Assembly (NCBI GenBank): GCA_040954595.2 | Contig: CM082576.2 | Coordinates: forward strand, 1,495,403-1,559,402 | DNA length: 64,000 nucleotides | Direction of reading: 5' to 3' | Source: Balanoglossus misakiensis | Lineage: Eukaryota > Animalia > Hemichordata | Shown here: positions 29,851-49,040 of the stretch, piece after piece | Numbering within the stretch: the first letter of the stretch is position 1 | How the letters are laid out: the number at the start of each line of letters is the position of its first letter | Position numbers and translations under genes: made by a program | Notes under the pieces: model-generated | What the model was told of the DNA's origin: nothing | The model's input: the letters and a program-made list of their open reading frames with translations, nothing else | Database searches by the model: none

Positions 29851-30739
29851 TGCACGCCAAAGCTCTAGGATAACGGCACACAAACAACTACAGATGTGTA
29901 ATGTCTGTGAGGTGTGACCAGAGATGGATCTAGATTTTTTTAAAGATGTGTGGCAGACTGATGATTTTCTGTGAGCCCGAGAACTGTATTTGTTTTGACT
30001 TTTTTTTGGGGGGGGGGAATGTCTGTGAGGCATATAACCAGAGGTGGACTTAGACAGGGGGAAAACTTGTGATAAAACGATGATTTGCTTTGTGAGAACT
30101 CTGAGTTTGATTTTCTTCATTGTGATTTTTTTATTATTAAAAAGTTTTCAACGATCGGTGAGGATGAGACACGTGGGCCGGGTGAACGAGTTCTGCATTT
30201 AATTAGCCGGTAAACAACGCCGCCCTGCAAGAGCTTGCGTCGATGCCGCTCGTGGTAATCTGAGTCATTCGAATCCATGCAATTCATTATCTGGTTATGT
30301 GGAAATACACATTTACCACCAATCTTCACCATATATGCGCTAGATTTTTCTGCATCAAAAACATGGACGTAACATAAATCAAAGTAACATAGTTGGCCAG
30401 ACCATGTTGTTCCCCAATGTATGCACAAGTAGTGGACTGACGGAAATTGTAAAAAAAAAGCAGGAAAAACACTAACACATAAGTGTTTGTACTGGATCTG
30501 TCACCAATGGCTTGTTAAATACAACCGGAAACAATTTGTCACAAGGCGAGATTACAAGGCTAGCTGCCACCAAGGGGTCAAAGTTTAGTACCGCCTCGCT
30601 TCATGAAGCACACATCCATGATGTAGACCAAAGTCAGAAAGGGCATTCACTGTTATTATAAATAGACACTTTTCAGTTTCTGGTAACAAACTGCTACTTT
30701 TTATATGACTTTTATTAGCGAAAAATTTCACCTAATTTG

Positions 30740-30779
30740 ATGCAACCAGGGACAGGCAGAAGACTGTCTATGATGCAAC
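30740..30779. mobile_element. 26-bp P-superfamily-like transposon footprint with 7-bp TSD
   Basis: ATGCAAC-[CAGGGACAG GCAGAAGA CTGTCTATG]-ATGCAAC; imperfect 9-bp inverted ends (7/9), both matching CANRG. Confidence 0.6.
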
Positions 30780-31489
30780 TTGCAACAGATATTCTCACGA
30801 TCTGACTGCAATGTGAGACATCTAACAGCGTCATGTAAATAAGCTTCTAATTTAGATATTTAATAATTATGTGCAATTAACACTCTTTTAGATGAAGAGA
30901 TTCTGAATTGTAAATGTACATGTACTTTCAACTTGAAAAGACACAGCGCCCCATCCCCCTTCGTTTTGAAGATAAAATAACTGAGGGCGCTGTTTTGTTG
31001 CAATGAAAGTTTGGACACAGACACGTACACATCCATCTCAACTTTCCTCCATAAATTGCATCTCTATTTTTTTTTTTTTTTTTAAATGGAATGTTTATTA
31101 AAAGTGCCACGTATTTACAATGTTTACAAGATCTAGAATGCTGGGAACATCTGTGCAAACTTTATGACTTCCCAGGTTGAGAACAAAACTGGTATGATAT
31201 GACAATAACAAAAATCCCTTCATGATGAGCACTTGACCAATGGGTTTAATGTCTGTGTTAAACCTCGCTACATTTTTTCCATATACATGTATAGGTTGTA
31301 TGCATTTTCCCGAACATTACAACATCAAAAGTTTACAGACAAAATTTTACTACTTGAGTTGTCGAAGTCTTTAAATCTCCTTTTCTATATGAGCTCTAGC
31401 TTTGAAAGCTTCTGTAGTACACTGTCAATTGTGACCAAAGTGTGCTACTTGAGAAAAAATCCTCAATTCACCAAAATTAACATTATCTA

Positions 31490-33041
31490 TCATACATCAT
31501 CCAGGTAGTACTTCATCATAAATTCAAAGTCTTTATAACTAACTCTGCCATCAGCATCTCTATCCACTTCTCTGAATGCAGATTCCACTCTATGTGTTGC
31601 TATATGTGGTGCAACTTGAGAGAATGCTTTCTTTAAATCTTCTACTGTCAAAAATCCCTTACCTGAAAAAATAAACAAAGGTCAATCAGAGGAAAGGGAG
31701 TGGGTGCATAGAAATCTATGTTTCCATGGTTTCAAATTGTAATGCATTCCTTGCTTGCCATTCTAATTTAGTAACTGTGATCAGACCTGACAGTAATGTC
31801 ATTTCTTTGGGGCTTTTTAGGTAAAGAATCCCTCAGCAAATGTTGTCACTAGCAAATGGCCAATTGCAATCCAACAGAGATTTTGTGTGGGTGGTACATT
31901 CCCCAGACACACATTTATGTTTTCATCACATGACATTGTATATTTCTTTACAGAAAACTGAACTGCTTTATTGTTCTGTCCTTGTGTTTAGTCTTAGCAG
32001 CAATGGCACCTGGTACTGGGAGGTGGTGTTGGTCATAATGCCTACTTACACTGAGTGTCAAACACCATAAATGTTTGTCGAATTTCATCATCCTTATCAA
32101 CCACAGACAACTTGGAGCACATCACTGCCATAAAATGGTCAAAGGTCATGCCTGGAAGATAGGGTGTTGGAAAAGAAGGAAATGGCCAGTTAATATTTGT
32201 GTGTGCATCTGAGAGGGAGAGAGGGAGAGAGTGAGATAAGTTACCCAGAGAACAATCATTACAACATGATGAAAGTACAAATGTGAAAACAACAAACATA
32301 GATATATATGCTCATATGGATGATACTGGGTGTTATGTTACTGTGCAGTAACTTTAAAAGGTGGCGAGTCCATGATTTGATAAAAAGCGTCATATCAAAC
32401 CCAAAGGAAACAAGTTTACATTTTTCTCCATCTATTTCTCCTGCTGTTTTCATCATTTCTTCCACTTCATACTGTGAAGAGAAAAAAAGAGAAGCTAGAA
32501 GTAAATAATCAGGCAAGTAGTTAGGTAATCTATTACAGATTACATGTTTTGCCTTGCAAGATTCATTGAAATAACTCGTCTTCATTGAACAACAGTTACA
32601 CTTACTTTTGTGGGTTTGTAACCAAGTAGAGAGACCACTCCTACTTTGATATCTTCCCTTGTTAGATGACCTTTCTGTCCATTATCACATTGATAGAACA
32701 CCTGTGCAAAGAACAGGACATGAATTCTGCAATATGACATTTTGCTTCTTTATTTATTTCAAAAATCTGAAAACCTAACCCGCTACAATCATTGCAGCCA
32801 GATCCCTCGTTCATACCTGCAGAAGGTGTGACAACCAACCCCAGATACATGTTTATTCACAGTAGGACCAGATTCGTCATTTCGATACATTCTGCAACAA
32901 AATACACACAAAGTTGCAATTTAGTTTTATTTGCTTGGGTGGTCCGACACTTACGCTAGCAATCGATTTCTTGTCCGTCTCTGTAAGACGTTTCCTCTGT
33001 GGAACATGATAACCTCCAAATTTAAACAAAATGTCACTCAT
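31490..33041 (-). CDS. EFCAB11: EF-hand calcium-binding domain-containing protein 11 (~169 aa)
   Basis: Exons 33041-32955, 32701-32606, 32471-32420, 32151-32050, 31662-31490, in frame. VFYQCDNGQKGHLTREDIKVGVVSLLGYKPTK, DEIRQTFMVFDTQCKGFLTVEDLKKAF and FREVDRDADGRVSYKDF match EFCAB11 EF-hands. Confidence 0.92.
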
Positions 33042-33392
33042 ATTGACATGGGAGAACCAATTTTGTGAAATATATAAGTCTACCGTGGCACCGGCTTGAA
33101 CTGAACTCGATACGATGCACACAGAAATCCCACCACGCTTACGATGAATATATTTCCGCCATGTTTCAAGCACTCCTTTAATTTATGTATTGGAGTGTGA
33201 TTGGCTAATGCTAATTTTTTGATTTCACGTGCTCGGAACACGTGCGATGATTGGCCAACTGTCGAAACATCACATACATTATAGCTCACTGTTGGTCTTG
33301 TATGATATCTCGTTCTTGGGGAAGGTGATTATGTTGTTAGTTCATTCTGGGCGCAATTCAACAGTCTTATCGTATTGATTAACTCTCCAATA
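33042..33392. promoter_or_regulatory. Bidirectional promoter EFCAB11/FBXO11
   Basis: About 350 bp between divergent ATGs, CpG-rich. Two reverse CCAAT boxes (GATTGG ~33199, ~33249), CACGTG E-box ~33226, YY1-like CGCCATGTT ~33156. Confidence 0.7.
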
Positions 33393-41220
<7,828 letters not shown>

Positions 41221-43001
41221 TGTGTGTCCAACTGGGGGGCCTTTCAGAGGCTGCAGAAGCACCATGTTTAGGACCATAGCTGTCAGATGACACAAGTATG
41301 CAATCTGGAACTAAAAGACTGACTCTTGAGGGAGAGATGTAAAACATCCCAATGTGACATTACCTCACCGATCTCTAAAAAGCAGATGCTGCCATGTGCC
41401 GTTTCCTGAAAGAAGGAAAAAAAACTGCCACACAAACTGTTTTGTGACCTGAAACTCGTCCAAGTTTTATTGTTTTATAAATTTTATAACAGCTCAATGT
41501 TTGTTTGCATGGCTTCCAAAGGTAATATTGTAAAGTTTTGCTCAGGCCTCCGTGAATAATTTTTGAATTCCAAAGATCCTACAGACAACTTTTAGGTGTA
41601 ACTGGATCAGATTTGGACCACCTTCACGAACAACTCAGTTGAAAGGAAGATTCTCTGCTGTAAGTGACAGTACTGAAGTCTGCTGCTTTTGTGTTTTGTT
41701 ATATTCGATTGGTGTACACTTTTTCTTAAAACTCGGTACTATTAGAGTACTTTGTCGGAAATGAAAGCATACAAGTGAGATTTCCCCTTTTTTAGGTTTG
41801 ATAGATTTACAGTAGAGTACGAGATTCAGTCATGTGATTTTAACAGTTATGTAGGGCGGGTGAGATAGACTCTGAAAGAAATATTTTGTGATTGAAACAA
41901 GAAAAGTCTGAGTACTTCAACCTTGAATTGTAGAGTTTAAACTGTCTCTCCAATCTTCTCCCATCTCTGGTAAATCACAAAGTGCTTACCTTTAGTGTGC
42001 AATTTCCTGAAATAATTCTAAGGTGTCTATGACTCCAAAAATAGAAATTCTACTGCCAGAGAGACCTTGCTAATATTAGACTAATTTATGCTAATTTTCT
42101 ATATAAAAATTTGGGGATGTGCAACATTGCAACAATAACTAGATCTTCCAAATTGGACAAGTTTGTAAATAATTCTTCAATTTATTGACTGAAATGTGTT
42201 TGTTTTAATTAATACTCTGCACTAAAAAACCTTGTATCATCGCAATTTAATTATTGTGTCAGAATGGCATTAGTTTATTGTTGTTTAGAGTTTAATAATT
42301 AATTCATTTTGAATGCTCAGTTTGGTTCGTAACAATTCTTTTCTTCTTGATTTGCATACATCGAATACTAATGAAGTGCAGCAGTAATTTAAATGATGGT
42401 CGCATTTTTGTACCATCAGTTTGAAGGTTATTGAATGGCACATTCAAGCATGGCCAAGCCTGATTTTACTGTCAAATTAATATTAGAGTTTGTGTTGTTT
42501 TTTTGTTTAGTTATGCTATGTTTATTTTACAGCCTTTTACATTATTCCCTTTTCACCCTTGGTCATATATCTCTATTGCACCGGGTACTTTTCACACGTT
42601 TGGAAACTTTAAGGCAAATATATAATGGATTTTTTTGAAATTGTAATGATGGTGTTGTGTTTAGGACAGAAATGTAAGAGTGTTGGATGAGGACCTGGAA
42701 ATCATTCATTGGTTCAACTTTGTTGTGTCATACATCAAATGGATCTCTCCAAGTTAGTAATTGTTTCAGTTTGATTTTATTGCTTGTGAATGTTTCCCGT
42801 GACAGTAGACTGTACTCTATGAGTAATTTATGGTGAAAGTATTTTTTTTAAAGTTCTAGTTAGCCATGTATGTATTGACAACCTGCATTTGGATAGAAGA
42901 CAGAACTAATATTAAATTAATATATACTATATCCATTCAAAGGAAAATGTCTAACTTCTTCAATTAAATTGTTTCATAATTGGTGTATATGTGGTAGAAA
43001 A

Positions 43002-43007
43002 AATAAA
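43002..43007 (+). other. Probable FBXO11 polyadenylation signal (implies ~1.8 kb 3'UTR)
   Basis: AATAAA followed by a T/GT-rich tract, at the end of an AT-rich stretch with no convincing coding signal after the stop at 41220. Confidence 0.5.
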
Positions 43008-43312
43008 ATATTTTCTACACTACTGTAAACCTTGTATTTGTCAGTTCTGTTTCTTCCCCATACTATGGTCATTCCGCAAAGTGTCTGACAGGTTATGCCC
43101 ACTTGTCAGTATTTGGAATCTTGGGAGTTTCTAGGAGGTCATGCAGTTGCCATGAAAGGAAAAACAAAAGCTACAAACCATTTTGTATCATTTGTGACAA
43201 AATTGACCATCACTCCTGCCCACTATTTATAGAACAAAAATCCAGGAAATAATGACATCTCATAACAGTGGAGCACTTGGGCGAAAAAAAAGCAAATGAA
43301 GACAAAACCACC

Positions 43313-45589
43313 TCAAGTTTGGCAACATGATGGAAAAGGTGAACACCCAGAATTGTAACAAGGCTCCACATCTGGATCTGATGGTTTGAGAATCTCTCCC
43401 GGAGCCCAGTAAAGTTCTGCTTCGAATTTCCTTCTGATTTCATCAATCTCCTTCAAGACCTTGGCATAATCTGAATCATTGCTTAAATTGTACTGTTCTG
43501 ATGGGTCTGAGTTTAAATTGTACAAAAGGGGTGGGTTGTGGGAGGTACGCTTGGCTGATGGATGACAATCTTGGTCATGGGTGAAATCACAATTGTTACT
43601 GCCCTCTGTGTAATAGTGTGCTTTGAATTCTTTGTGTCTTACTGCATAGATTGGGTACTTAGGGTCAGCATATGCAAATATGTAGAAGAAAGTATCCCTC
43701 TTGCTCTGAAATATTAAAATATAAATATTTATGTCAGGTGTTTGTTGTAACATGCTCATATGAGTCTACTAAGATTGACAAATCGACCCTTTCTGAGAAA
43801 TTCAACTAAATATAACAGAAAAACTTCCCAAAATACATTGCATCTCACCTTCCCTTTCTGGAAGAGTACTGGGCCAATATCAATTCCATCCAGAGTGACA
43901 CTTGGTAGTGTACCATTCACCAGTTTGGCTATGGTTGGCAGGAGATCTAAGGTACTGGCCAATTCCTTTGTTTTACCAGGTTGTATTTTGCCTGGCCAGT
44001 AGGCAATAGCTGGTACACGTTGACCGCCCTCATATGTTGTACCTTTGCCACATTTGAGCAGCCCTGCATTGCCACCACGGTTTTCATTGCGAAGACTTGG
44101 TCTGTTTGAGATATGGGAATATATATATAGTTGTTTCAGCCTTGGTTGGAATCTGTATTGATGACTAGTCTAAAATGGTATCTAACTCATTTGCAGTGAA
44201 ATAAATATGGTTTTCTAGAAATAGACCCATCTGTTGGAAGGGTCATGCAGTAACTGAGTATAGTCACAACCAATGAACATGAATACAAATGCCTGTGTTG
44301 ATAACCAAACATTTCCTTTTTTTTTAAATGTTTAAGTTTTGTGAATCTGTTGTCTGTTTTGGTGTACACACTCACCCATTGTCAGAAGTGAAGATAACCA
44401 GAGTGTTGCTTTCAACACCACTCTTTTGCAGTTGCTGAACAACCAATCCAACAGCATTGTCAAGCTCAGCCAGAGAATCACCAAAAGTTCCCCTCACAGT
44501 GGAATTCCTAAACTGCCGACCAGCAAACTGCGGATGGTGAACATGATTGAATGCATAATACAAAAAGAAAGGCATCTCTTTGGCAGCATTTGAAGAAATA
44601 AAATTTACAGCTTGTTCAATGTACTTGTCTTCAAGCTTTGTGAAGTCTGTTGGCTGTTCAATAATCTTGTCATCCTTGAATAGAGGACAGCCTGTGTAGT
44701 TCAGATCACAGTGATTGAAGCATGGATCAGCTGGATAAAAACACTTCAGACATGGACAGAAATCTTGAGAATATGGAAGTCCATAATAGCTATCGAATCC
44801 ATAATGTATGGGAAGGTATTCCTGGTCTTTCCCAATCCCCAAATGCCACTTTCCAACAATACCAGTTGCATAACCTTTGGCCTTTAGGATCTGTGCCAGT
44901 GTGGTTTCATTGTGTGGTAGTCCTCCTGTTGAATCAGGCAAGAACACTCCTGGCCATATCCCAGTTCTTGGTGGTAATCTCCCAGTCAACAGTGATGCTC
45001 TTTAATAAACAGACAGTAGTGTTGTGAGATGTTTCCAATCAATGAACAGTATGTGTGCTCAATTTTCCAAGGTGTCTATCAAATCATGCATGGAATAAAT
45101 CCCAACCTATTTTGTCTTCCTTGTACATTATTACAGCTTCCATTTTATTTGCTAACTTTGTGGAGGGACCATATTTTGGACATTGACTATAGGCTTACTG
45201 TACAGATGTAACAAATTTCACGAATTCGAGCATATGGAGGTCTTTCTTTGATCAGCGGGTTGTACGATAAATTTAAAACCAAAGTCCAACCATTGACGTA
45301 CATGTACCAATGATCCAAACCTCAAACTAGAGTATTCATTTTCTCACCTTGATGGACTGCACAATGGGTTAGCTGAATAGAACTGAGTAAAATGTAGACC
45401 GTTTTTGGCGAGTCTGTCGATGTTAGGAGTATGACTCGTTGGATGACCATAACATCCGAGATCGCCGTAGCCAAGATCATCAGCGAACAAAATCACAATG
45501 TTTGGACTTTTTGCTGCAGTTCTGGTCAGGTACGCTGATACTATGACGAATATTCCGATAATAATGGCATTTGGTGTTGATGTGGGCAT
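43313..45589 (-). CDS. ARSA: Arylsulfatase A-like, copy A (~503 aa)
   Basis: Exons 45589-45348, 44999-44376, 44101-43849, 43705-43313. Signal peptide, [15 protein letters not shown], formylglycine motif [32 protein letters not shown] and Cys-rich C-terminus. No frameshift or internal stop seen. Confidence 0.93.
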
Positions 45590-45716
45590 CTTGTTTACTA
45601 TTCACTTCCAAATTCAACAAACAAAAGGGGCGTATCACTGTTTTTTTGCAAGTCTGACAAGTGTGATTCTCGCTGACACTGTATTTGTAGCAGTCGACAG
45701 ACAGTTGCGTCGAGTA

Positions 45717-45751
45717 GTCATGTGACAATACATACATACAGGTCAGGTGAC
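45717..45751. promoter_or_regulatory. Pair of CLEAR/M-box-like E-boxes upstream of ARSA copy A
   Basis: GTCATGTGAC (45717-45726) and GTCAGGTGAC (45742-45751), each one mismatch from GTCACGTGAC, 130-160 bp upstream of the ATG of a lysosomal-type enzyme. Confidence 0.5.
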
Positions 45752-45961
45752 AATGGACCACTTAAGTCACCAAAAATTAGTCTAACCTGAACCTACTGAA
45801 AGTTCTATGAACAGATGAGGCGTTCTAAGATTAAATTGATCTATAAGTTTAATAAACCAAAAATGAAATATACATCGTTCAGTTATGCAGTAGTGACATT
45901 TCCGATAAACTGGAGATTGTACAAGTAAAAAGACTAGAAATGATAACTAAAAATGCGCCCA

Positions 45962-48101
45962 TTAATATATGACAGTGTTGTAAATAGAAAAGGGATTAAA
46001 TTTGTGACACTGGCAACATGATGGGAATGGTTTACAACCAGGAGTACAGCAAGGCTCAACATCTGGATCAGTTGGTTTTAGGATTTCACTCTTAGTCCAG
46101 TCCATGTTTGCAACATGCTTTTTATAAATTTTGTTGATCACATTCAAAATATCGGCATACTCTTTCTGGTTGTTGATATTATAGAGCTCTGATGGATCTT
46201 GATGCAAATCAAAAAGTAGCGGAGGGTTATGTTTGGTCAGTTTTGCAGATGGACGACAATCCTTGTCAGCATTATTACTGCCACACTCTGGTGCGCCTTG
46301 TGTGAAGTAATGTGCCTTGTATTGTTTGTAACGTACTGCGTACACACCCACTTCTGAAATGGGGAATTGTGGATAATAGAAAAATGTTTCACGTTGGCTC
46401 TGAAATAAAAAGAAAGGAACCATTATTGCAGAAACTTGCTGTGATATTAGAATCAGATGAATGGATGATAGTATTAGGTAAAAGACATGAAAACGTTATA
46501 CAAAGAATATACAGTACACATTACAAGAATGAAAAGTTTTCAATCTATTACCTCCCCACCACTGAACAGTACAGAACTGATGTCAATTCCATCCAGGGTC
46601 GCATTTGGTAACTGGGCTCCAGTCAGTTTGGCCAGTGTTGGCAACAGATCAAGTGTGCTTGTAAGCTCAGGTGTTCGAATACCAGCTGGTATTTTGCCAG
46701 GCCATGTTGCTATGGCAGGTACACGGTGACCACCTTCATATGTTGTACCTTTCCCACACTTCAGTAAACCAGCAACTCCACCTCTTGATTGGTGTTGGAT
46801 ACTTGGGCTGTGTGAGATTCAAAGTGATTTGTCAATCAAACAGCTGCATGAAAACAAAATGATCAGAAATACATTCAGTTGATATAGTAAGGTAGCTCAC
46901 CCATTGTCTGATGAGAAAATTATCAAAGTGTCATCTGCTATTCCTTGTTTGTTCAGTTCTTCCATGACCTGTCCAACACTCCAGTCAACTTCAGCCAAGG
47001 AATCTCCAAAGATTCCCCGTAATGTGGAATTACGGAACTCTTTCCCAGCAAACTGAGGAGCATGACAATGTTGGAATGCATAGTAAAGAAAGAATGGTTT
47101 CTTTTCTGTGGAATGCTTTGCAATGAAGTCTCTTGCAGCAGACGCATATCGTTCATTGAGAGTAAGCAAGTCCACCGGTTGATCGATGATTTCATTGTTG
47201 TGATATAATGGACAACCAGTAAAGTATGGCTTACATGGAACTAAACATGGATCATTTGGCCAAAAACATGTGATGCAAGGGCACTGAGCGTGGGTGTATG
47301 GGATTCCTAAATAGTAACTGAAACCAAAGTTTGTTGGTAGATACTTCTGATTCTTTCCAACACCAAGATGCCACTTTCCAATCATTCCAGTCCCATAACC
47401 TTGATCTTGGAGTATCTTTGCAATGGTTGTTTCATTCAGTGGCAGTCCACCTGTGCAGTTTGCCTGAAAAACACCTGGATAAACACCTGTTCTAGGTGGA
47501 TATCTGCCAGTCAGAAGGGATGCCCTAGGAAAATTAAGATATAATTTGTCAGTACATCAACCGTTATCTGCTTTCATGCTAAGATTAAATTTCAAAATAC
47601 AATCTTGTTCTTGAATCTGTAAAATGTATTAAACTAATATAAAACAAAGTGCTCAGACATTATAAAATATGACTGTTTTACATTTTCGTTTTTTTATTGC
47701 ATAATCAAGGTTCTGAACATGAACTTTATGCTTGGTGGCAGCTAGTCTATTAATGGTACCCCCCCCCCCCCCCACACACACAAACACATAGTCCACGTCC
47801 CCCCCCCCCTTTCCCGAAACTGACCGGTCCCTGATTCGCCCCGCCACCAAATCACCAACCTGGACGGGCTACAGACAGGGCTTCCAACGTAGAACTGAGT
47901 GAACAACATCCCGCTTCTAGATAACGCGTCAATGTGAGGTGTTGACGATGTTGGGTGACCGTAACAGCCGAGGTCACCATAGCCAACATCATCAGTGAAA
48001 AGAATGACAATGTTTGGTCTCGTTAATTCGCTGGTCGACGTTGTTATCCACAGTAGCTGGCATATAAAATATGAACGAACACAATATGAAACCACCGCCA
48101 T
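45962..48101 (-). CDS. ARSA: Arylsulfatase A-like, copy B (~519 aa)
   Basis: Exons 48101-47860, 47524-46901, 46807-46552, 46399-45962. [27 protein letters not shown] and GKG intact; C-terminal [15 protein letters not shown]. Confidence 0.93.
47745..47832. repeat. Poly-C/G-containing repeat remnant (possible MITE end) in ARSA-B intron 1
   Basis: On the minus strand AGGGACCGGTCAGTTTCGGGAA-G(n)...G(n)TACCATTAAT. Similar homopolymer-C motifs occur at ~11710 (AATTATGGAC(n)) and ~27590 (TTAGGACAC(n)). Family not identifiable from this window. Confidence 0.35.
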
Positions 48102-48430
48102 GGCTGGAGGGACCCCTTATGTCGACGATTAAATTTGGCCTTTGGCTATCGAGGGGTTAACCATAGTTAACTTTGGACCGATTTGCTCCCTTGAGCAGCG
48201 GGTCGGGATGTTAGACTTATTACTGTTACATTGTATTAACACTTTAGGTCTAATTACACTGGAAGTGGTCGATTGCAGATTGATTGGTCCATCGATCGAT
48301 CGATTGGTTGGTTGATTGATTCTTATTCACAGACTTCTCAGCAAAGTTTGATTGTGAAAATGTTAGTCTACAACCACCATACACATACACACTCGGTTTC
48401 TATATACATGTAGGCTCTGTTCTTGTCTTC

Positions 48431-48459
48431 ATTCACCCATAGACAGTCTATGATTCACC
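48431..48459. mobile_element. 15-bp palindromic P-superfamily-like footprint with 7-bp TSD
   Basis: ATTCACC-[CATAGAC A GTCTATG]-ATTCACC: perfect inverted ends and exact 7-bp direct flanks. Confidence 0.7.
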
Positions 48460-49040
48460 AAACACCATTCTACAACAGAGGTCGAACTGTATACTTTATA
48501 TGATTTTATTTTCAAAAGTTGCGCCATAGCTTACACAGTGTACTAAAGAGAGTAAATTATCAAATAAAGAATGTTGCATATCTTGTATCACAGTCCCCAC
48601 ATCTGGTGCGCTTGATCCAGCTACAAACATTTCTATGCGCATCTCAATTCCAGTTCCACTGCGACGAGGTGTTTTTACCTACAGGGTGTGTAGAAACAGA
48701 TGGAAATAATTAAAACTGCAATGCAGTTTGCAGGGTTCAAGTGGTTTATTTTGAAAAGTCATTCGAAAGAATTTTTTTTATCAAAAGTAGCCCAAAAGTT
48801 CGGTCACTTTAAAACTTATATTCACCAAAGACCACGGAGGCCCCTATAGGCCTACGCCTCTCGACCTCTTGCACGGACTCTGGTATGTACACAATGAATA
48901 GGATCATGTCAAAGTGATCCAACAATTGTGAAAAAAATGACTATGGTGCCGGTAAGTTTCACAAACAAACAATATCTTGGTCTGGCTTCTCTGAGAAACT
49001 CCGATGTTTGGAATCTCCAACTTTGGTGTGAATGTATCCA

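Noticed and set aside
23-31158. Dozens of 60-125 aa ORFs in the FoxN2/3 introns and upstream region
   Set aside because: No recognisable domains, composition typical of translated AT-rich non-coding DNA, many with non-ATG starts. Only the FoxN exons are supported.
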